Source of the DNA: Trichoplax sp. H2
Taxonomy: Eukaryota
DNA: 61,004 bases
NCBI GenBank assembly: GCA_003344405.1
Contig: NOWV01000293.1
Coordinates: 1-61,004 of the forward strand
Direction of reading: 5' to 3'
Under the pieces are notes generated by a model. It was not told the DNA's origin and did not search any database. It saw only the letters and a program-made list of their open reading frames with translations. How positions within the stretch are numbered: position 1 is the stretch's first letter; every line of letters starts with the position of its first letter. Shown here one piece after another: positions 38,224 to 61,004 of this stretch. The translations under genes and the position numbers were made by a program.

Positions 38224-41200
38224 AGTACAATTTTGCAAAGTACAATTTTGCTTCAAATTTGCTACCATCCGTAATGCTGATGAAACTACGCATTATTTTA
38301 CTATATGCACATTTGAATAGAAATGTTTCTCAGCAGTATATGAAATAAACTCAAGCTTAGGCAGCAGGGATACCAAGCGCATACTACCTATTGAATAATT
38401 GATATACTTGCAATTTTTACTTTGAACTTTTTTAGAGCATCTAAGACTTTATCACAAGTTAAAATTTAGTCCAACTGCATTACTATTAAATTTCGTACTG
38501 TTCTTGCTTTTGAATATTGTATTTGTTTCAATTTGCTTACCAACACATTTCCAGTGTAATCATAGTCTATTAATCGTATTTGCTTAGACCAAAATATGGG
38601 ATACGCGAACTGTTATACTGCTATTTTCGGTCGCATTCCAAAATATTGGATTAAGTGGTTATTTAAAGCTAAATCATATAAGGAAAAAGGTTCTGTCGCC
38701 GTTTTGGCATTTTAATCGGAAACGCTTTTAAGTTCATGCCTGCTTACATAGTTATATATGCACAATGGTAAATATTCATGTGATCAGACTAATTAAACAT
38801 TTATTCAGTCTTGGTAGTAGGCCACATATTTTGATTACCTTTATCGTAAAGAATTAAGTTATTTTGAATATAAAGCCGGGATAATCTTATAACTAATCGG
38901 TATATCTTTATATTATTCTAATCACTTGCACCATAACTAATAAAAGAAATACTTTTACTAATCTATCGAAAGCTTACTTTGTTTAACTTTCATTGATTAT
39001 TTTGATTTTATTCTGTGTTTTTTTCAATTGTCTACCGTCACTAGATCTTTAAAAAACTAATATAGATTAAATGGATTCGAATTTAATCGCATAGCTGTGA
39101 CAAAATACCCATATTACAGAACATTGAGCTTAAAATTGAACGGGGTAAATATAATTAAGGAGTCATTTGTTACTACTACAATAGAATTAAATAGCAATTT
39201 CTGTTGAAGCCATCTGTCACACATTTGTCATTATAATGCCGTGAGTTTAGTTCTTAAGTTAAATTCTTAATTAAGTATTGAATTACTTATATGCACTACT
39301 GTAGGCAATGATACTTGCGTAGATTAATGCAATTAGTTGCTCGTGCCCCGGAAAAATATGGTAATTCTATGCCCGTGCTTAGCACGTGAATGCGTGATAG
39401 TGTTATAAACATTACTAAATAGGTCATGCGCTAAGTTTTATAAGCATATGGGACGAGTAGATCGGCAGTTCTTCTTGTTCATTGTTTGTTGTAAATACAG
39501 TTGCGGTTGGTTTTATTGCAACAAAACTAAATTCAGGTTTTAAATCCAGTTAGTCTGATTTGCTGTGGACCCTTAAGAATTGTCTTCACTACAGTCATGA
39601 TTACGTGTTAGAGTTATTTCGGGCTTAAACAATTCCATTAGACAAGTTAATTATATAAATTTTACGCTATCTGCAGCTCCAAAAAATTTAAATAATAATT
39701 TTGCTTGTATATTTGTAACATCGCATATTTTGATCATCAATTTTAGTGACTGTAATTGTTTATTGAGTACATCTAAATATTTTTCTTCAGTAGATAACCA
39801 CCAATAATTTTTTCAGAGCTCTGAAGAACTGAGCAACAATATATCTATTTAAACGCGAACACAATAAATTATTTTACTACTATTTCTATATAAATCAGCT
39901 TTCTTGGTATTCATAAAGAGAATAAGAATGTCATATTAACCGTTATAGATCAAAGAATTTTGCTGTAATGCTTAAGAATTAACTGAACCAGCAAGATACT
40001 TAATGAGAAAATTAATTAATACAAATTAACAACAGTAATATAATATCGCAATTTAGTAATCACCTGACAAGCTTCACTAATTCAATTCTAATGGTAGAAA
40101 TTTTTCATTTATAATTATTATTATTTTATTGAAACAATATTATTCTGTAATATTCGAAGCTATAACAAAATTCAATCTTTTCTCGATATTTTTAATTCTA
40201 TAATATTTATACAGTATATTGAGTGATATTCTGAAATAAGGATATACACTGATGAGAATCATGACTATGCATAAATGTTCATTTTTTGTTTGATGAGTTG
40301 AAAATCAATATCTGGATATTCTTTGTTGAAACGTCAATGCCTTTGCAACTTAATAGTAAAGCGAATTCCTATAACTAATGACTTTTAAGTAAGACTTTTG
40401 AGTTTGCTCAGGCAATCAGAATATGATAAAGATACAGATCAATAGGAATGTCATTTAAAACAATCGTATCTCTTAGAGATTATAGAATTTTAAAATCTAT
40501 ATGATAAATTTTAGCTGTGAGATTATACATCAAGTGAATTGTGGACAGATTACAGCCACTGATAGTTTCTTCTTACAAAAAGAAGACAGCTGGGGAACTT
40601 TAATTCTTTAGCTATCTAATTTTATACGTATGCCAATAAATCGAGGCTTTCTTATTCAACTCCATTACATATATATTCATACCCGTAGTTGTAGCAAATC
40701 TGCCACCAGACAATTCTAAAAAATATCTATATACGCTTACGGATACAATTCTTATACCTAGATCGACCAGCATTTCTATCGCATGGCAGCTATCATCACA
40801 TTTAATGATGCATTACATATCTCTATGACAAACACATCTGCAAATTATATTCTTACTGAAGAAAGAAATATTTAGCCAATGGTTAACCTAAACTATTTCA
40901 TTACGAATCTATACAATATAAGTCAATAATCAAAAGCGCCTGACTCATTATCTAAAATTAATAATTTAAAATAAAGTTGTAATCAATGGATCTTTGTCAA
41001 GCTATTATTGGAATCTGCTCTTACAAGCGTCCTATGATTTTTCACGTCATATTTTTGAACAACAGATGTGTGAAATTAGCACTCTAACTTAATATTTTAA
41101 TTTCATGCTCTAATCTCACAAATCTTAATTGCTGCTTACATTCTAGGATCACAAAAAGTTTCAGAGTCAAATAGAAGCCCGTATACATCTATTACTGGAC

Positions 41201-43539
41201 TACGTTTACATTCTACTGTCGTAAGTATATTATAAAAACTGTAATATTAACAATACTAAACTGTTTCTGTCTATCGGCCGAAACTATTCACTGCTTAAAT
41301 GAATATGATATAATGAATTAACTCTTGCTTAAATACTTAATACACAACAACAGTTAGCTTGATTTACCAGCCCTAGTAATTATCTATTGAAGATAGCGAC
41401 AGCCATGTGCATAAGATAAAACATATTCTTCCCGCACGTTGCCATACACCAGTGAACAAGTTCAATATCAAATTATTACCACATTAGGCTTAATGACGCT
41501 TAAGGAAAAATACGTAAGCATGATAACATGATGAGCAGTTTACAGAGCTATCTTATTAGAAGAGATAAAGAAACAATCACAGCACAATCTTAGTAGACAC
41601 ATGAGATACTCTGCTTTCACTAACTCGGAAGACATAAACAAAGAAGTGAAGAGTACAACCAGATCCTTCTACTTATGTTCAATAAGCAATACACAATTAT
41701 AGAACATATTTATGACTAACGTATTTATGCACAGCACCTTTTCTCAGAACTGAAACAATATCATCATATAGAGAGAAAAGCATCCATCTGCAGTACAGAC
41801 AGAATACAAAAATTTACATTGTATACAATTTCAGATATGGCAATACATTACAAATATAGACGATGTTTGTGAGTAGAATTTGCATGCAGAATATGCTATC
41901 TTAGTACTATAACAACATCAACACATGTATCCGATAATGAAAACAATTTAGATATGTTCACTATTTCAGGCAATATTTCTTATTAAAATTATTCTATCTT
42001 TTATTCAAGATCTTTATAAGATCATCATATTATTACTAAAATCAAATAAACATGGGAAAATTATCGCTTAAAGGATGTATAAAAATCATATCTTATCATT
42101 TTGCAGCAAAAGTTAAAATTCGATTATCGCCAAAGGAAAATCTATTTAAGCCTATAAAAGTAGGTTGCCTAAACAGTTACATAGGATTGCTTTGTAAAGT
42201 AAGATTTTTGAATTAAATAATGAAAATTCATATTGTTTATACGAATAATGGATCCCTGGCAAAAATTAAATTGCGGACGCGATGTACAGCTAAATTTGGC
42301 ATCTTAATTTGATAAATTAGCTCTACGTCACTAAATCTGCCAACAATGACAGACAGTCTTTACATGCATAAGCTCAAACACTTCGACTCTTTTTTGATGA
42401 ACATTATTTATCGTTAGCCGCCATCCAAAATGAAAGTTAATAATAAATTTATAATTGTATCGGTCATCTATATGATATAAATGAGAAAGCAATGATTCAA
42501 CTGATTTTAAAATACTTCACCGGAATATTGGCGACATATTAAGGTTTCGATGAGAGTTAAATCTTTCGAAGACGTCGCAGAGTGTCCTGTTGTGGAAAAT
42601 TTTTCCTTCGCAACTGTCAAAAAAAGTCTATATACTATTTCCTTTTGCATGTTTACAAATATTATTAACAAAATCGAGTAATTTAAAAGTATAGAAAATA
42701 TTGATAGGAATTCGTATTACCTTTTTCAGGCTAGGCCAAACGAAAACAAGCATTGTAATTCGTCATTAAAATTATGTTTGCGTCATCGGCTCCGTGATAG
42801 AATAGAAACAAAGTGTTAATTTTCTTATTATCCTACTCTTAGACTATCAAGCCTTGACTCTATCCAAGTTAGCCTTCCGCTATTATTACTAATTGATTGA
42901 CGTGTTTGCTAAAGGCAGTCATGTAGCACTAGCTCTTAACACAAGGGAGTTGTTATTAAATAAAAGAGTTATGCAGCTACATCAATTTTTGTTCTAAATT
43001 TAATACTGGTACTTTCAAATCTCAGTTGGGTATTTTCGATCGCCTTTTATAGCATAATTACGCCCTAGTTTTAGATCGCAGTAAATAAATTATAAAATTG
43101 TCTTAGGAAAATCTTAGTTATTTCTCATTACTTCACCACATCGTCCTCCATTGAGATCAAATTTTTATCAGTTATAAAATATTTAATAGTTGTACAATTT
43201 AAAGTAAGTCGTAAGTAATACTTATTCATTTAGCATAAAGGTACTTTATTCATAGACAAATATTCTTTCATTTTAATTTAAGATTACAATAGATAAGTAT
43301 GTTAACAAAAGAGTCCTTATAATTAATGCTATTGTCGCATTATCTTGATCTATTAATGTATGGCATTGATTTGTGAGAAGAGAATGCCAGTATTTGTTAA
43401 CATCTGAGTCCATAATATTTATATGACAAATAAATGTTACATCAGTTAGCAGTATAAATTGAAAGCGTTAAAGATTGCTAAAATTATTTTCACCATCATT
43501 TTTGGATGGTTGGCAGATATCATTTTAATATATACTGGT

Positions 43540-60222
<16,683 letters not shown>

Positions 60223-60392
60223 GTAAGTAAGGATGGTAAAATTAATACCGGTTTTCATGATGAATTATGATATATATCAAAAGTTTATTGTAGAATATGC
60301 GAAGCTTTTTTATTGTTGCTAACAGTTTCACCACAAATTTTCTCATTCACTACTTATTCATCGTCAGTAACTTGTTCTCATATAGTTATACT

Positions 60393-60750
60393 TGTAATGA
60401 TATCTTCTTTAAGTAGCGTAAAGTATTTTAAGGTAGACGATGATAGAAGGTATAAAGGATTTTATTGAGATACAAGTTACAGGCTAACAATGATATGGTT
60501 GTTATAGATAAGGTATCTGAGATAGCAGGAATGTAGGAACTGACTAACGAGTTAGCGTACAAGGGTATTTATAGGTTTTAGATGGGATTGAGATAATGTC
60601 TTTATATGTATAGCATGTCGTCTATATGTAGTCATGATGTCGTACATTATGAATGTAATACAATACAGTACTTAAACGGTATATGATAAGTATTCGTATA
60701 TTAGGATATTACTATACTAGGCATCTTCTATATAAGATCATAATGTTACA
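60393..60750 (-). mobile_element. Solo LTR (358 bp) with 4-bp TSD, in an intron of the EGF/VWD gene
   Basis: TACT|TGTAA...TTACA|TACT; near-identical second copy at 24427-24713; TATA, initiator-like and polyA motifs on the minus strand. Confidence 0.88.
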
Positions 60751-61004
60751 TACTCTCTCTATGTTATGATCAAAGTGGATTACCGTCAGACTTATTGTGT
60801 ATTACACCTTATAGCTACTAATTTATCTAGGCTGAAAGAGAATTATAATATTCAATCAGAAACTCAACATTTAGTGAAAAAATTTCTTATGAATTAAACC
60901 CCTACTTTTAGTTAACTACTGCACGGTCTTATAGACTCCACGGTTATGTTATCTTACTTCAACTATCCTGCTTTTTACAATAGTGCTGTGCACTATTTAC
61001 AGCA

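Noticed and set aside
40500..41900. Exon-like segments (e.g. 41147-41221 bounded by AG/GT) between the GPCR and the EGF gene
   Set aside because: Could not be chained into an ORF or a recognisable domain.

Overview
AT-rich, intron-containing animal genomic DNA. Short GT-AG introns and the gene families present suggest a placozoan such as Trichoplax (inference). 1-21 kb is a tandem cluster of minus-strand Roco genes whose exons splice in frame into TPR-array + ROC GTPase + COR + Zn-ribbon + Death domain. Two near-identical copies carry 7 versus 6 hypervariable 42-aa TPR units, and one has a +1 frameshift. Two degenerate paralogue relics are interleaved, one containing a 48-bp inverted repeat built from TPR-repeat sequence. 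An intronless CYP4-clan P450 follows, flanked by a Helitron-like element and a young LTR at an assembly gap. Next come a second LTR-like element, a mini-Helitron and a 16-exon GABA-B-like class C GPCR. The window ends in a large secreted protein (signal peptide, 10 EGF, 7 tandem Caspr-type fibrinogen-like domains, 3 EGF, VWD-C8-TIL, more EGFs) that runs off the edge and has a solo LTR with a 4-bp TSD in an intron. The best candidate for an undescribed system is the TPR-Roco-Death domain cluster as a diversifying intracellular receptor family, possibly with a hairpin-RNA regulator.
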